64,000 bases of DNA from Alphaproteobacteria bacterium (GTDB lineage: Bacteria; Pseudomonadota; Alphaproteobacteria; JACZXZ01). Under the pieces are notes generated by a model that was given only the letters and a program-made list of their open reading frames with translations, was not told the origin of the DNA and made no database searches. Positions 1 through 10,245 of the stretch are shown piece by piece. How positions within the stretch are numbered: the first letter of the stretch is position 1; the number at the start of each line of letters is the position of its first letter. The stretch lies in the NCBI GenBank assembly GCA_035509415.1, contig DATJLQ010000096.1, positions 24,919-88,918 on the forward strand, in the 5' to 3' direction. The translations under genes were made by a program, and so were the position numbers.

Positions 1-1118
1 AAGATCATGGCCGACGGAATCTGGCGTCCGATGATTTGCGCATCGTGCCCCGCCGCCGACGCCATCGTTTGGGACGGGAGCGCAAGTGCCTGCGCCGACG
101 CGTTGAGAATGCCGCGCAGCCGCGCATCCATCGCGGCGGGCTCGGACTGGTAGATCCGTCGACATTGCACCTCGAGGCCGTGCGTTGCGGCCGCGTTCCG
201 CGCCTCGCGCTCGACCGCGTCGGTCAACGCGCGCAGACACGCGCCGTCCGTGTCGCGTATCTCGAGCCCGAGGCGCGCAAGCGCGGGCACGACGTTGCCG
301 GCGCCGGGCTCGATCTTGACGATCCCTATGGTCATGACCGCGCGACCCTCGCCGCGCTCGACCACAACCTGCCGCAGCGACGTCGCGAACAAGGCGGCGG
401 CGGCGAACGCATCCTGGCGATCGCCCATCGGCGTCGAGCCGGCATGGTCCGGACGCCCTTCGAACCGGATGGAGAATCGCGCCTGGCCCGCGATCGCATC
501 GATGATGCCGATCGGGAGACCCTTGCGCTCCAGGATCGGACCCTGCTCGATGTGGAGCTCGAGATAGCCGGCGATTTCGTCGACGGGCCGGCGCGCATTC
601 GGGAGCGCCTCGATCGACAGTCCCGCCGACGACAACGCGTCGGCAAGGGTCACGCCGCCCGTGTCGCGCATCCGGGAAAGTTGCGCCGTATCGAGGAACC
701 CCATCATCGCGCGGCTACCCGTGAAGGCGCCGAACCGGCCCTCCTCGTCCTCGAAGGCGACGATCTCGAGCGGCCGCGCCCGGTTCGCCCGCTCGTCCTG
801 GAGCCGGCGCGCGACCTCGAGACCCGCGAGCACGCCGAGCGTGCCGTCGAGCGGCCCGCCGTTCGGCACCGTATCGATGTGAGAGCCGAGCATGAGGACG
901 GCCGGTTCGCCCGTCCCGACAGAAGCGGGCAAGCGCCCGATCACGTTGAAGGCAGGATCGACGCGGGCCACCAAGCCGGCGGCCGCCATTCTTTCCGCAA
1001 GCCAGCGCCGCGCATCGAGATCGGCCGGCGTATAGGCGCGCCGGGTATTGCCCCCGCTCGGCTCGGCGCCGAACCGCGCCAACGCGTCGAGATCGTCGCG
1101 CAGACGGGAATATTTCAC
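1..1118 (-). CDS. N-carbamoyl-amino-acid / beta-ureidopropionase-type amidohydrolase (M20, allantoate amidohydrolase family); 3' end runs off window start
   Basis: Hand translation of the minus-strand frame that is absent from the ORF track gives an uninterrupted reading frame from 1118 to position 1. It contains family hallmarks GSHIDTVPNGGPLDG, VAFEDEEGRFG, ELHIEQG, HAGSTPM and GHDAQ...PSAMIF. GTG start at 1118 overlaps the hydantoinase TGA stop (GTGA). The track probably omits it because of the GTG start and the missing stop. Confidence 0.8.
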   Translation of the reverse strand, partial: MKYSRLRDDLDALARFGAEPSGGNTRRAYTPADLDARRWLAERMAAAGLVARVDPAFNVIGRLPASVGTGEPAVLMLGSHIDTVPNGGPLDGTLGVLAGLEVARRLQDERANRARPLEIVAFEDEEGRFGAFTGSRAMMGFLDTAQLSRMRDTGGVTLADALSSAGLSIEALPNARRPVDEIAGYLELHIEQGPILERKGLPIGIIDAIAGQARFSIRFEGRPDHAGSTPMGDRQDAFAAAALFATSLRQVVVERGEGRAVMTIGIVKIEPGAGNVVPALARLGLEIRDTDGACLRALTDAVEREARNAAATHGLEVQCRRIYQSEPAAMDARLRGILNASAQALALPSQTMASAAGHDAQIIGRQIPSAMI

Positions 1119-2530
1119 GGCGCCGCTCCGACGCCGATGCCCGAGGCGAGATCGGGCTTGCCGCGCTTGATGAAGCGCCCATCGCCCGCGGTGCCGAGAT
1201 AACGACCTTCCTCCACCGCGACCGCGCCGCGCCGGACCGTGCAGACGGGCATGCCGGACAGGTCGACGTCGGGGTAAATGTTGTAGCCGACCGGGCCGTA
1301 ATGCGACTGAGCCGTGAGGCGCGTGCGCCGCTCCGGGTCGATGACGACCAGGTCCGCGTCGCTGCCCGGCGCGATCGTGCCCTTACGCGGCGCGAGCCCG
1401 AACAGCTGCGCCGGCCCCTCGCTCCAGATTCGGACGAGCTGCGGAAGGGTCAGCCGCCCCGTCTCGACGCCGAAGGTATAGATCAGCGGCAACCTGAACT
1501 CGGCGCCGTAGACGCCGTTTACCGTCGTCGCGAACGAGCCCGACGACGCGGTCTTCGCTTCGGCGCTGAAGGACGCATCGTCCGAGCCGACCGCGGCGAG
1601 CGTTCCGTCTTCAAGACCCGCCCAGAGGAGCTTCTGGTCCTCGGCCGTCCTGAGAGGCGGGCTCATGACGTAGAGGGTACCATCGGCGCGCTCGTAGCGG
1701 GAATCGTCGAGCGTCAGATAATGGGGACAGGTCTCGGCGAATACCGGCAGACCGCGCCGACGCGCCGCCCGGATGTTGGGAACTTCGCGGCCCAGCGCCA
1801 GGTGGAAAATGTAAATGCCCGCGCCGGCGGCTTCCGCAAGCGAGATCGCGCGCCGCACCGCTTCGGCCTCGGCGATGGGCGGGCGGGTGAGCGCGTGAAA
1901 ACGAGGCGCGACTTCGCCTTTGGCGAGACAACGCGCGGTCTCGTAAGCGATGATCTTCTCGTTCTCGGCATGGACGCCGACCAGGGCTCCTTCGCGACCC
2001 GCGACGCGCAGCAGCGCCAGCAGGGCGCCGTCATCGAGCATGAGGCCGTCCTTTTCGTACGTCATATAGGTCTTGAACGACGTCACGCCCTCTCGCATGA
2101 CGGCCGGGATCTCGGCCAGCGTCGCTTCGTTCACGTCGGTCACCACGATGTGAAGCCCGTAATCCACCGCGACCCGGGCATCGGCCTGCATGCGCCGATG
2201 CTTGAGCCCGTCCGTCAAGCTCCGGCCCCGGCGCTGGAGCGCGAAATCGACGACCGTGGTCGTCCCGCCTCTCAGCGCCGCGACGCCGCCGGAAAAGAAG
2301 TCGTAAACCGATCGGCACGACATGAACCCGACCAGAAAATGGGTGTGCACGTCGACCCCGCCCGGCAACACGAGCTTGCCCGTGGCGTCGATAACGCGCG
2401 CGGCATCGTGGCGTTCGCCGGGTGCCGCGACGGCGGCGATTTGCTCCCCGCGAATCAGCACGTCGCCACGCTCGGCACCCCTGCCCGTGACGACGGTGCC
2501 GCCGACGACGGCAAGATCGACCTCCGTCAT
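1115..2530 (-). CDS. D-hydantoinase / dihydropyrimidinase (cyclic amidohydrolase)
   Basis: Protein MTEVDLAVVGGTVV...GGVDVHTHF...VHAENE... is typical of metal-dependent dihydropyrimidinase/hydantoinase. The ATG at 2530 is chosen because it overlaps the upstream gene's start region. The longer track ORF (to 2728) would overlap the upstream CDS. Confidence 0.88.
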   Translation of the reverse strand: MTEVDLAVVGGTVVTGRGAERGDVLIRGEQIAAVAAPGERHDAARVIDATGKLVLPGGVDVHTHFLVGFMSCRSVYDFFSGGVAALRGGTTTVVDFALQRRGRSLTDGLKHRRMQADARVAVDYGLHIVVTDVNEATLAEIPAVMREGVTSFKTYMTYEKDGLMLDDGALLALLRVAGREGALVGVHAENEKIIAYETARCLAKGEVAPRFHALTRPPIAEAEAVRRAISLAEAAGAGIYIFHLALGREVPNIRAARRRGLPVFAETCPHYLTLDDSRYERADGTLYVMSPPLRTAEDQKLLWAGLEDGTLAAVGSDDASFSAEAKTASSGSFATTVNGVYGAEFRLPLIYTFGVETGRLTLPQLVRIWSEGPAQLFGLAPRKGTIAPGSDADLVVIDPERRTRLTAQSHYGPVGYNIYPDVDLSGMPVCTVRRGAVAVEEGRYLGTAGDGRFIKRGKPDLASGIGVGAAP

Positions 2531-3693
2531 ACCGCCTCCAACGCCTGCGCCAAGTCGGCGACGATGTCTTCCGCCGCCTCGATGCCAACGGAGAGTCGCA
2601 CCAGATTGTCGGGTATTCCGAGTGCGAGACGTGTCGCCGCGGGCACGCTGTAATGCGACGTCGCGATCGGTTGACTGATCAAGCTTTCGATTCCGCCCAG
2701 ACTCGGGCCGAGCCTGCACAGCTTGCACCGGTCCACCAGGCGGCGCGCGGCATCGCCGTCGCCGCGCACCTCGAAGGACAGCAAGCCGCCGAAGCCCCGC
2801 ATCTGCCGCGTGGCGAGCGCATGCTGTGGGTGGCTCTCGAGACCGGGATAATGGACGCGTTCGACCTTGGGATGCGCCTCCAGGAAACCCGCGAGCGCCG
2901 TGCCATTCTCGTTGTGCTGGCGAATGCGTAGCGCATAGGTGGAGAGGCCGCGATGGACCAGCCAGGCCGCGAGCGGCTCCAGGATCGGCCCGGCGACGAA
3001 TTGCAGATGTCGCACGGCGCGCGTGTGCGCGCGCGCGCCCGCGACCGCGCCCACGATCACGTCGCTGTGGCCGTTCAGGTACTTGGATGCGCTATGCACG
3101 ACCAAGTCGGCGCCGAGCTCGAGCGGACGTTGGTTGAGCGGACTGCCGAGGGTGCCGTCGACGATGAGCGTCACCGCGTTTCGCCGCGCGACCTCAGCCA
3201 CCGCCCGCAAATCGACGATGCGCAACAGCGGATTCGTCGGCGTCTCGACGAAGACGACGCGCGTCGCCGGCGTGATGGCCGCCTCGATCCGGCCGGGATC
3301 GTGCGAATCGCACCAATTCACCTTGATGCCGTGCCGCGGCAGGATCTCGGAGAAGTAATGATGCGTGCCGCCGTAGACGTCGGCGAGGCTGACCATTTCG
3401 TCGCCCGCCTTGAGGCAAGCCCCGACGGCGGCCGCGGTCGCCGCCATGCCGGACGAGAAGGCGACCGCCGATTCCGCTCCCTCGAGGCGCGCGAGCTTCT
3501 CCTCGAGCGCCATCACCGTCGGGTTGCGCAAGCGGGAATAAACGAAGCCCTGCCGCTCGCCGCGATTGATCGCCATGAGCGCCGCGGTATCCGGCGCCGC
3601 GAACGTCACCGTCTGGTAGATCGGCGGGCTGACGGCGCCGAGCTGCCGGTCCGGGTGATTGCCGGCGTGGACCGCGACCGTGTCGATCTTCAT
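2527..3693 (-). CDS. PLP-dependent Cys/Met-metabolism enzyme (cystathionine gamma-synthase / beta-lyase / methionine gamma-lyase family)
   Basis: MKIDTVAVHAG...YSRLRNPT...SASKYLNGHSD is the classic trans-sulfuration fold, with the conserved S-x-S-K PLP-binding lysine motif. Start ATG at 3693 overlaps the ACAD stop (ATGA). The N-terminal 380 residues of the 772-aa track ORF are antisense noise over the ACAD gene. Confidence 0.85.
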   Translation of the reverse strand: MKIDTVAVHAGNHPDRQLGAVSPPIYQTVTFAAPDTAALMAINRGERQGFVYSRLRNPTVMALEEKLARLEGAESAVAFSSGMAATAAAVGACLKAGDEMVSLADVYGGTHHYFSEILPRHGIKVNWCDSHDPGRIEAAITPATRVVFVETPTNPLLRIVDLRAVAEVARRNAVTLIVDGTLGSPLNQRPLELGADLVVHSASKYLNGHSDVIVGAVAGARAHTRAVRHLQFVAGPILEPLAAWLVHRGLSTYALRIRQHNENGTALAGFLEAHPKVERVHYPGLESHPQHALATRQMRGFGGLLSFEVRGDGDAARRLVDRCKLCRLGPSLGGIESLISQPIATSHYSVPAATRLALGIPDNLVRLSVGIEAAEDIVADLAQALEAV

Positions 3694-4832
3694 CGCAGGA
3701 GCTCGCGACCGATCACGAGGCGCAGGATCTCCGGCGTGGGGGCGATTTCGGCGAGCCGGGCATCGCGATAGTGGCGCTGCATGTCGAATTCCATGAGGAA
3801 GCCCCATCCCGCCATGATGCGCATGCCTTCGAGCGCCGCCTTCATGTAGGTCTCCGCGGACTTCAATCGCGCCAGACCGGAGCTGCGGGAATTGTTCGTG
3901 CCGCGGTCGACCTCCCAGGCGCTGCGATGGACGAGCATGCGCGATGCGCTGATCTCCATGTCCATGTCGACCAACTTGCCCTTGATCGGTTGGAATTCGG
4001 AGATCGGCCGCCCGAACTGCTTGCGCTGCTTCGCGTAAGCCAGCGCGAGATCGAAGCACGCCTGCGACGCGCCCACGTTCACCGCCGAAAGACAGCAGCG
4101 TTCGTAGTCGAAGCTCTTGAGGACGTTGGTCCAGCCCTTGTTGACTCCGCCGACGACGTCGTCGCGCGGTACGCGCACATCGGTGAGGAAGATTTCGTTG
4201 ATGTCCATCGGCTTGAGGCCGAGCTTCTTGATCTTGCGCAGCTCCACGCCCGGCGTCCTTGGATCGATCAGGAACATGGTGATGCCCTCTTGCTTGGGCG
4301 CGTCCGGGGCGGTGCGCGCGAGCAGGAGGATGTAGTCCGCTTCCTGCGCGCACGAGCAGAACATCTTCTGACCGTTGACGATCCAATGATCGCCGTCGAG
4401 CTGGGCGCGCGTTCGCAGCGCCGCGGCATCCGATCCGGAATCGGGCTCGGAAACGGAAAAAGCGAACCGGATCTCGCCTTTGGCCAATCTGGGCAATAGC
4501 TTGCGCTTTTGCTCCTCGCTGCCGAAATGGGTCAGCATGTCGGCGCCGATCACGATCGTCGTGTAAAAGATGTTGGCGCCCGCCTCGAAGGTATGCGCGA
4601 ACTCCTCGAGGAACACGATCAGATCCATGCAACTGGCGCCGGTGCCGCCATAGGCTTCGGGAATCGGCAGGCCGAGCCACCCCTGGTCGGCGAGCTTGCG
4701 GAATAGCTCCTCCGGGAACCTCGCCTCTTCGTCGCAGGCGCGAACGTATTCGGGCGGACATTCCTTCCGTAGGAACGAGCGCAGGCCGTCGCGCAAGGCT
4801 TCCTGTTCCGGTGACAGAGAAAAATTCAACAT
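3690..4832 (-). CDS. acyl-CoA dehydrogenase
   Basis: 380 aa with typical ACAD architecture and motifs (FAD-binding region, catalytic Glu region ...YRDARLAEIAPTPEI...). Confidence 0.88.
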   Translation of the reverse strand: MLNFSLSPEQEALRDGLRSFLRKECPPEYVRACDEEARFPEELFRKLADQGWLGLPIPEAYGGTGASCMDLIVFLEEFAHTFEAGANIFYTTIVIGADMLTHFGSEEQKRKLLPRLAKGEIRFAFSVSEPDSGSDAAALRTRAQLDGDHWIVNGQKMFCSCAQEADYILLLARTAPDAPKQEGITMFLIDPRTPGVELRKIKKLGLKPMDINEIFLTDVRVPRDDVVGGVNKGWTNVLKSFDYERCCLSAVNVGASQACFDLALAYAKQRKQFGRPISEFQPIKGKLVDMDMEISASRMLVHRSAWEVDRGTNNSRSSGLARLKSAETYMKAALEGMRIMAGWGFLMEFDMQRHYRDARLAEIAPTPEILRLVIGRELLR

Positions 4833-4890
4833 CCGCTTCCTCCAAAGTTCGTCGTCATTGTCGCAGGACCGGCGCAGCCGCCGGCGCGAG

Positions 4891-5979
4891 CTAGCTTTCC
4901 ACGATGATGGTGCTGTCCTCGGTCCACGACGCCCACACGGTCTGGCCGGCCGCCCAGCTTTCGCTTCCGCGCTCGCCTTCCGCCGACTGGAGCAGGACGT
5001 CGAGCTCGCGGCCGCTCTCGAGGCGCACCTTCAGCTGGCAGAGCGCTCCCTGGAAGATCGTGTCCGTGACGACGCCGCGAAAGCTGTTGCCCGCGCCCCG
5101 TTCGGCCGAGAGCGCGATCTTCTCCGGCCGGACACCGACCGTCGCTTCGGTGCCGCGTCCCATCGGCCCGTTGGCGCGCGCCCGGATCGGCAGGTCCGGT
5201 GCCGCGGCGATCACGACCGTCGAATTCCCCGCCTCGGCAACCGGTCCGCTGAAAATGTTGCACGAGCCGATGAAATCGAGGACGAAGCGGCTCCGCGGCC
5301 GATTGTAGATGCGGGCCGGCGTGTCAAGCTGCTCGAGCACGCCGAGGTTCATGACGGCGATCCGGTCCGAGAGCGTCAGGGCCTCGTCCTGGTCGTGGGT
5401 CACGTAGATGAAGGTGATCCCCAGGCTGCGCTGGATGCGCTTGAGCTCGAGCTGCATGCGCTTGCGCACCCGGAGATCGAGCGCTCCCAACGGCTCATCG
5501 AGCAGCAGAACGGTCGGCTTCCGAATGAGCGCCCGCGCGAGCGCCACGCGCTGCTGCTGGCCCCCCGAAAGCTGGTGCGGAAAGCGCCCCTCCATGCCGG
5601 CGAGGTCGACGACTTCGAGCATTTCCCCGCAGCGACTGCGCATCTCCTGCTTCGGCCGCCGCGCGATGCGGAGCGAGTAGACGATGTTGTCGTATACCGT
5701 GAGGTGCGGGAAGAGCGCATAGTGCTGGAACACCGTGTTCACGTCGCGCTTGTGGGGCGGCACGCCCGCGACCGGCTTTCCCTTCAGCAGGATTTCGCCT
5801 TCGTCCGGCACCTCGAAGCCGGCAACGAGTCGCAACGTGGTCGTCTTGCCGCATCCGCTCGGCCCGAGAACGGAGAGAAATTCGCCATGGTGCACGGCGA
5901 GGGACAAATTATCGACGGCAAGCGTGCCGTTGAACCGCTTGACGATGCCCTTGAGCTCCAGATCGAAGTTTGCGCTCAT
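4891..5979 (-). CDS. ABC transporter ATP-binding protein (PotA/spermidine-putrescine type)
   Basis: Walker [13 protein letters not shown] signature [15 protein letters not shown], Walker [13 protein letters not shown]-terminal TOBE-like domain. Confidence 0.9.
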   Translation of the reverse strand: MSANFDLELKGIVKRFNGTLAVDNLSLAVHHGEFLSVLGPSGCGKTTTLRLVAGFEVPDEGEILLKGKPVAGVPPHKRDVNTVFQHYALFPHLTVYDNIVYSLRIARRPKQEMRSRCGEMLEVVDLAGMEGRFPHQLSGGQQQRVALARALIRKPTVLLLDEPLGALDLRVRKRMQLELKRIQRSLGITFIYVTHDQDEALTLSDRIAVMNLGVLEQLDTPARIYNRPRSRFVLDFIGSCNIFSGPVAEAGNSTVVIAAAPDLPIRARANGPMGRGTEATVGVRPEKIALSAERGAGNSFRGVVTDTIFQGALCQLKVRLESGRELDVLLQSAEGERGSESWAAGQTVWASWTEDSTIIVES

Positions 5980-6049
5980 CGCTCGGGTTTTCCGCCTTCA
6001 GTGTCGGGGGTGAATCGAGAGACGGACGGCGCTCGTGCCGCGCGCCCGC

Positions 6050-8251
6050 TCATGGGTTCGACAGCGGCGCCGGCGCCGGCGACCGGGCCGCGGCGGCGGC
6101 GAGCCGGGATCCGTCCGCGGCGGCATTCAGCCTCAGGCGCGCGTCGAGCGCCACGGCGCCCGTGCCGGTCGCGAGGATCGGGTTGATCTCGAGCTCGGCA
6201 ACCTCGGGCGCCTCGGCGAGCCGGCACAGGTCCGTGACGAGCCGAATCAGGGCGGCGCGATCCACCGGGGTTCGGCCGCGATGCCCTTGCAGGAGCGCTG
6301 CCCCCTTGAGCTCGGCGAGCATCTCCGCGACCTCGATCTCGTCGACCGGCAGGAGCCTCAGGCTCACATCCTCGAGCACCTCGACGCTGACGCCGCCGAG
6401 CCCGACCATGACGTACTTCCCGAACTGGGCATCCTCGGAAACGCCGCAGAGGAGCTCGATCCCCTTTTCGAGGATCATGGGCTGCACGCTGACGCCGTCG
6501 AGGCTGACCCCTGCGTCGAGCCGCTCGAACTTCGCCACCAGCGCCCGATAGGCCGAGGCCACCTCGGCCTCGTCGCGCAGGCCGAGCGCGACGCCGCCGA
6601 CGTCCGATTTGTGCGTGACCTGCGCGGATTGGATCTTGAGCGCGACCGGGAAGCCGATCGCCGTCGCGTGCGCGACTGCGCTCTCGACGCTCGTCGCGAG
6701 GCGCGAGGTCGCGACCCGGAGACCCGCCGCGTGGAGCAGCGTCTTCGCGTCATGCTCGGTGACGACCGTCTCCCCCTTTGCCGCCCGCGCCGCGAGGCCA
6801 ACGCGCCACGCCTCGGGCGCGGGCGCGGACGCCGCGCGTCGGCTCCATGCCGCCGCGCCCACGATGCGGCCGCGCGCGACGACGCCGCCCATGATGTGCA
6901 CCGCATCCTCCGGCATTTCCGAGACCGGGACGCCGCGCGCGTGAAACGTCGCCGAGATGCGATCGAACTCGACCCCGCCGGCTTCGTCCATCACCCAGCC
7001 GACCGAGGCTGCGACGCCGCGCGCGATCGCCGCCTCGAGAACCGGCGCGAGATGGGACGCGTAGGCGTCGTTGCCGAACGCCGCCGAGCCGGGCACGCCC
7101 ATGACGAGCGGCACGATGCCATCATATTCGCCGCTGGCCGCGAGGATCTCGACCGTTTGCGCCAGCATCGCCGGCGTCACGTCGCCAGTCAGGTCGATGG
7201 GATTGCGCATGCTCGCCATGGGCGGAAGGACATGCGCGAGAAGCGCCTTGGTCGCCTCGGACGGCGCCGGCAACGCGAGCTTCGCGCGCTCGCACGCGTC
7301 CGACGCGATCACGCCCATGCCGGCGAGGCTCGTCACAATCGCGATGCGGTCGCCCTGCGCCGGCCGCTGGTGCGCGAGGGCGAAGGTCAGCATGCCGAGG
7401 AGGCTTAGGGACTCGGCCGGCACGACACCCGCCTTGCGGAATGCCGCCCGGTAGATCCGCGCCGGACTCGAGATGCTCGCGGTGTGGGAGAAGATGGCGC
7501 CCAGCCCCGCCGCGGTGCGCCCGCCCTTGAGGACGACGATCGGCTTGGTTTCGCTCGCGCGCCTGGCGACCTCGACGAAGTGGCGGCCCGACTTGACGCT
7601 CTCGACGTAAAGGCCGATCGCGCGCACGCGCGGATCGCACGCGAGGAACTCGATGATCTCGGCATCCGAAATGTCGGCCTGGTTGCCGAGGCAGATGAAG
7701 CGGCCGAACTCGATCCCCTTGGCAAGAAGGCCGCGGACGAGCGCATAGCCGACCGAGCCCGCCTGGGAGACGATCGCGAGCGGCCCGCCCCCGACGGGAC
7801 CGCCCGCGAGCGTCGCGACCAGGCTGGCATCGGCGTTGATGAAGCCGGGGATGTTGGGCCCGAGCACGCGCATGGAGCCGCGCGCGCACACGCCTTCGAT
7901 CGCCCGCTGGAGGTCGACGCCGCGGACCCCGCTCTCGGCAAAGCCGCCGGCGGGGATGATGGCGCCCTTGACCCCGCGAGACGCAAGGGTCTCGAGGACG
8001 CCGGGAACCTTCTCCGCCGGCAGCATGACGATCGCCAAATCGACGTTTTCGGGGAGATCGGCGGAGTCCCTCACGCACTCGAGACCGAGGATCGATCCCG
8101 CGGCCGGATTGACGGGGTAGATCTTGCCTCGGTACCCGCCCTTGAGGATGCCCTCGACGCAGGCATAGCCGAGCTTCTCCGGATTCGCCGAGGCTCCCAC
8201 CACGGCGATGCTCCGAGGAAAGAAAATGCCGGCAAGCGGGTGTTCGACCAT
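6050..8251 (-). CDS. NDP(ADP)-forming acyl-CoA synthetase, fused CoA-binding/succinyl-CoA-synthetase-like and ATP-grasp domains
   Basis: N-terminal CoA-binding Rossmann (SIAVVGASANPEKLGY...) and C-terminal ATP-grasp (...GFPVALKIQSAQVTHKSDVGGV...). Start taken at MVEHPL (8251). The upstream 80 aa of the track ORF are low-complexity. Confidence 0.78.
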   Translation of the reverse strand: MVEHPLAGIFFPRSIAVVGASANPEKLGYACVEGILKGGYRGKIYPVNPAAGSILGLECVRDSADLPENVDLAIVMLPAEKVPGVLETLASRGVKGAIIPAGGFAESGVRGVDLQRAIEGVCARGSMRVLGPNIPGFINADASLVATLAGGPVGGGPLAIVSQAGSVGYALVRGLLAKGIEFGRFICLGNQADISDAEIIEFLACDPRVRAIGLYVESVKSGRHFVEVARRASETKPIVVLKGGRTAAGLGAIFSHTASISSPARIYRAAFRKAGVVPAESLSLLGMLTFALAHQRPAQGDRIAIVTSLAGMGVIASDACERAKLALPAPSEATKALLAHVLPPMASMRNPIDLTGDVTPAMLAQTVEILAASGEYDGIVPLVMGVPGSAAFGNDAYASHLAPVLEAAIARGVAASVGWVMDEAGGVEFDRISATFHARGVPVSEMPEDAVHIMGGVVARGRIVGAAAWSRRAASAPAPEAWRVGLAARAAKGETVVTEHDAKTLLHAAGLRVATSRLATSVESAVAHATAIGFPVALKIQSAQVTHKSDVGGVALGLRDEAEVASAYRALVAKFERLDAGVSLDGVSVQPMILEKGIELLCGVSEDAQFGKYVMVGLGGVSVEVLEDVSLRLLPVDEIEVAEMLAELKGAALLQGHRGRTPVDRAALIRLVTDLCRLAEAPEVAELEINPILATGTGAVALDARLRLNAAADGSRLAAAAARSPAPAPLSNP

Positions 8252-8264
8252 CGTTCGCCCCGCC

Positions 8265-9377
8265 TCAGGCCGCCTTGACTTCGGTCCAGGTCTGGACCCA
8301 GTCGTTGAGGTTGAGCGGATAATCGAGGAACAGGACGTCCTTGAGGGTTTCGGCGATGCGATCGTACCCGAGCTCGACTTGCAGCTTCGGCGTGAGGTCC
8401 TTGAGCAGGAGCTCGGACGTGGCGTTGTAGCCCTCGTCGCGGCCCACGGCGGCGCCCCAATACGGCCCAAGCGTCCAGTCGATGAAGGCATAGCCCGTCT
8501 TCACGAGCTTGGTGTCCTTCGACATGACGTAGTAGTGGATGGCGCCGATCCCCTTTTCTTTCGGGATCGCGTATTTCATGTTCATCCCCTCCTTGGCGAG
8601 CGCCCACCACATCGGCCGCCAACCGGAGAGCGCCCAAACCTCGCCGCTGCGGAGCAAGGTCATCGCCTCGGCGTACCCGGTCCAGAGTTTGCGGAAGTTC
8701 TTCTTCTTCGAGATCAGGAACTTTTTGATCTCCAGGAGGTCGGCGGCGGAGAGCACCGACGGATCCTTGTGGCCGAGATACAGCGCGGTGAGCTGAATCG
8801 CGTTCTGCGCGTCGTCGCGCAGCGCCACCTTGCCCGCGTACTTGTCGTCGAACAGGACGCCCCACGAATCGACGTTCGGAATGTGATCGGCGTTATAAAC
8901 GACCGAATCGTAGGTCCATACATAGGGCACGCCGTAAACCTTGCCTTCGTAGTCCGCGAACTTCGCGCGCTTGAAATACGGGAACAGGTGCGCCGCGTTC
9001 GGAATATCGGCCATGTTGAGCGGATGGAGCAGGCCGCGCCGAATGATCGGATAGAGGAACGCATGGTGGACCGCGACCACGTCCCACTCTGCCGTGGCGC
9101 CGGTCGCGAGCTTGGTGAGGGTCGAGAGGTTCGAGGTCCAGCAGGCGCGCGTGACCTGCACGTCCTTGGCCTTCTCGAACACGGCGATGTCGCCTTCCCG
9201 GCACCAGGTCGGGCACAGGCAATGTACGGTGAGGGGCCCGGCAAGGCCGGCGGCCCCGGCACTCGGCATCATCGGAAAGCCCATCGAGAGGAGACTCGCG
9301 CCGGCGCCGATCTGCAGCGCTTGCCCGAGCAGGCCTCGACGTGTCACGGAAAATCCGCGGTCAGTGCGATTCGACAT
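8265..9377 (-). CDS. ABC transporter periplasmic substrate-binding protein (PotD/PotF-like) with Tat-type signal
   Basis: RRGLLGQALQIGAGASLL twin-arginine signal followed by a type-II SBP fold. Sits between the permeases and the ATPase of the same importer. Confidence 0.85.
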   Translation of the reverse strand: MSNRTDRGFSVTRRGLLGQALQIGAGASLLSMGFPMMPSAGAAGLAGPLTVHCLCPTWCREGDIAVFEKAKDVQVTRACWTSNLSTLTKLATGATAEWDVVAVHHAFLYPIIRRGLLHPLNMADIPNAAHLFPYFKRAKFADYEGKVYGVPYVWTYDSVVYNADHIPNVDSWGVLFDDKYAGKVALRDDAQNAIQLTALYLGHKDPSVLSAADLLEIKKFLISKKKNFRKLWTGYAEAMTLLRSGEVWALSGWRPMWWALAKEGMNMKYAIPKEKGIGAIHYYVMSKDTKLVKTGYAFIDWTLGPYWGAAVGRDEGYNATSELLLKDLTPKLQVELGYDRIAETLKDVLFLDYPLNLNDWVQTWTEVKAA

Positions 9378-9414
9378 TTTCCACCTCCATCTGTTTCAGG
9401 TTCTTTGGTTTTGG

Positions 9415-10242
9415 TTACTCCGCACGGTGAGCCTGACGGGAAAGCCGATAACCGACGGTCATCAGCGTCAGGCTGAACACGATCATCAGCGTCGCGATGG
9501 CGTTGGTCTCGGGCGAGACGTTCGCCATGAGCATGGACCAGAGATAGATCGGCAGCGTGTTGTCGACGCCGATCAGGAAGAAGGTCCGGATGAACTCGTC
9601 GAATGACAGCATGAATGCAAACACCGCCGCCGCGACGATACCGGGCATGACGATAGGCATGACGACGGTGCGGAACATTTGAAGCCTGGTCGCGCCGAGA
9701 TCGAGCGCGGCCTCCTCGATCGACGGGTCGAAGCGGTGAAAGCTCGGAAACACGAGGACAAAGATGAACGGCACCGTGTAGGTCACGTGCCCCATGAGGG
9801 TCGACCCGAACAACGACGGGCTCAAGCCCAGGAGGTTCCAGGTCAGATGCTGCGCCACGCCGACGATGATCGGCGGCGCGATCAGAGCCACGAGGATGAG
9901 GTTGAACAACACGCCCCGCAGGCGGAACCAGTGCCGGAAGGCGTAGGCCGCGCCCACGCCGATCGGCAGGGCCACGATCACGGTGACGACGCCGAGCTCG
10001 ATGGAGTTCAGCAGTGCCGTGCGCAGATCGTGATCCCGGAGCGCCACGCCGTACCAATGGAGGGTGAACCCGGCCCAGGGCGGCGTGATGCTCATGGTGT
10101 CGTTGAACGACAAGATCGAGAGACATAGGAGCGGCGCGTAAAGGAACACGTAAACGGCGAGGCCGAAGGTGCCCCAAAGAAGCGGCGCGAACGGGCCGCG
10201 CCGGCCGGGCATCCTCAGGCTTTGAACGCCGCTGCCCCGCAT
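9415..10242 (-). CDS. ABC transporter permease (PotC-like)
   Basis: Six-TM permease with EAA-like loop (IEEAALDLGATRLQMFRTVVMP). Confidence 0.85.
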   Translation of the reverse strand: MRGSGVQSLRMPGRRGPFAPLLWGTFGLAVYVFLYAPLLCLSILSFNDTMSITPPWAGFTLHWYGVALRDHDLRTALLNSIELGVVTVIVALPIGVGAAYAFRHWFRLRGVLFNLILVALIAPPIIVGVAQHLTWNLLGLSPSLFGSTLMGHVTYTVPFIFVLVFPSFHRFDPSIEEAALDLGATRLQMFRTVVMPIVMPGIVAAAVFAFMLSFDEFIRTFFLIGVDNTLPIYLWSMLMANVSPETNAIATLMIVFSLTLMTVGYRLSRQAHRAE

Positions 10243-10245
10243 CTC

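Noticed and set aside
36-1202. 388-aa plus-strand ORF (Arg/Ala-rich) at the window start, and the 155-aa minus ORF 715..1182
   Set aside because: Low-complexity, Arg/Pro-rich translations typical of wrong-frame ORFs in high-GC DNA. The minus-strand frame not in the track encodes a well-conserved M20 amidohydrolase across the same bases.
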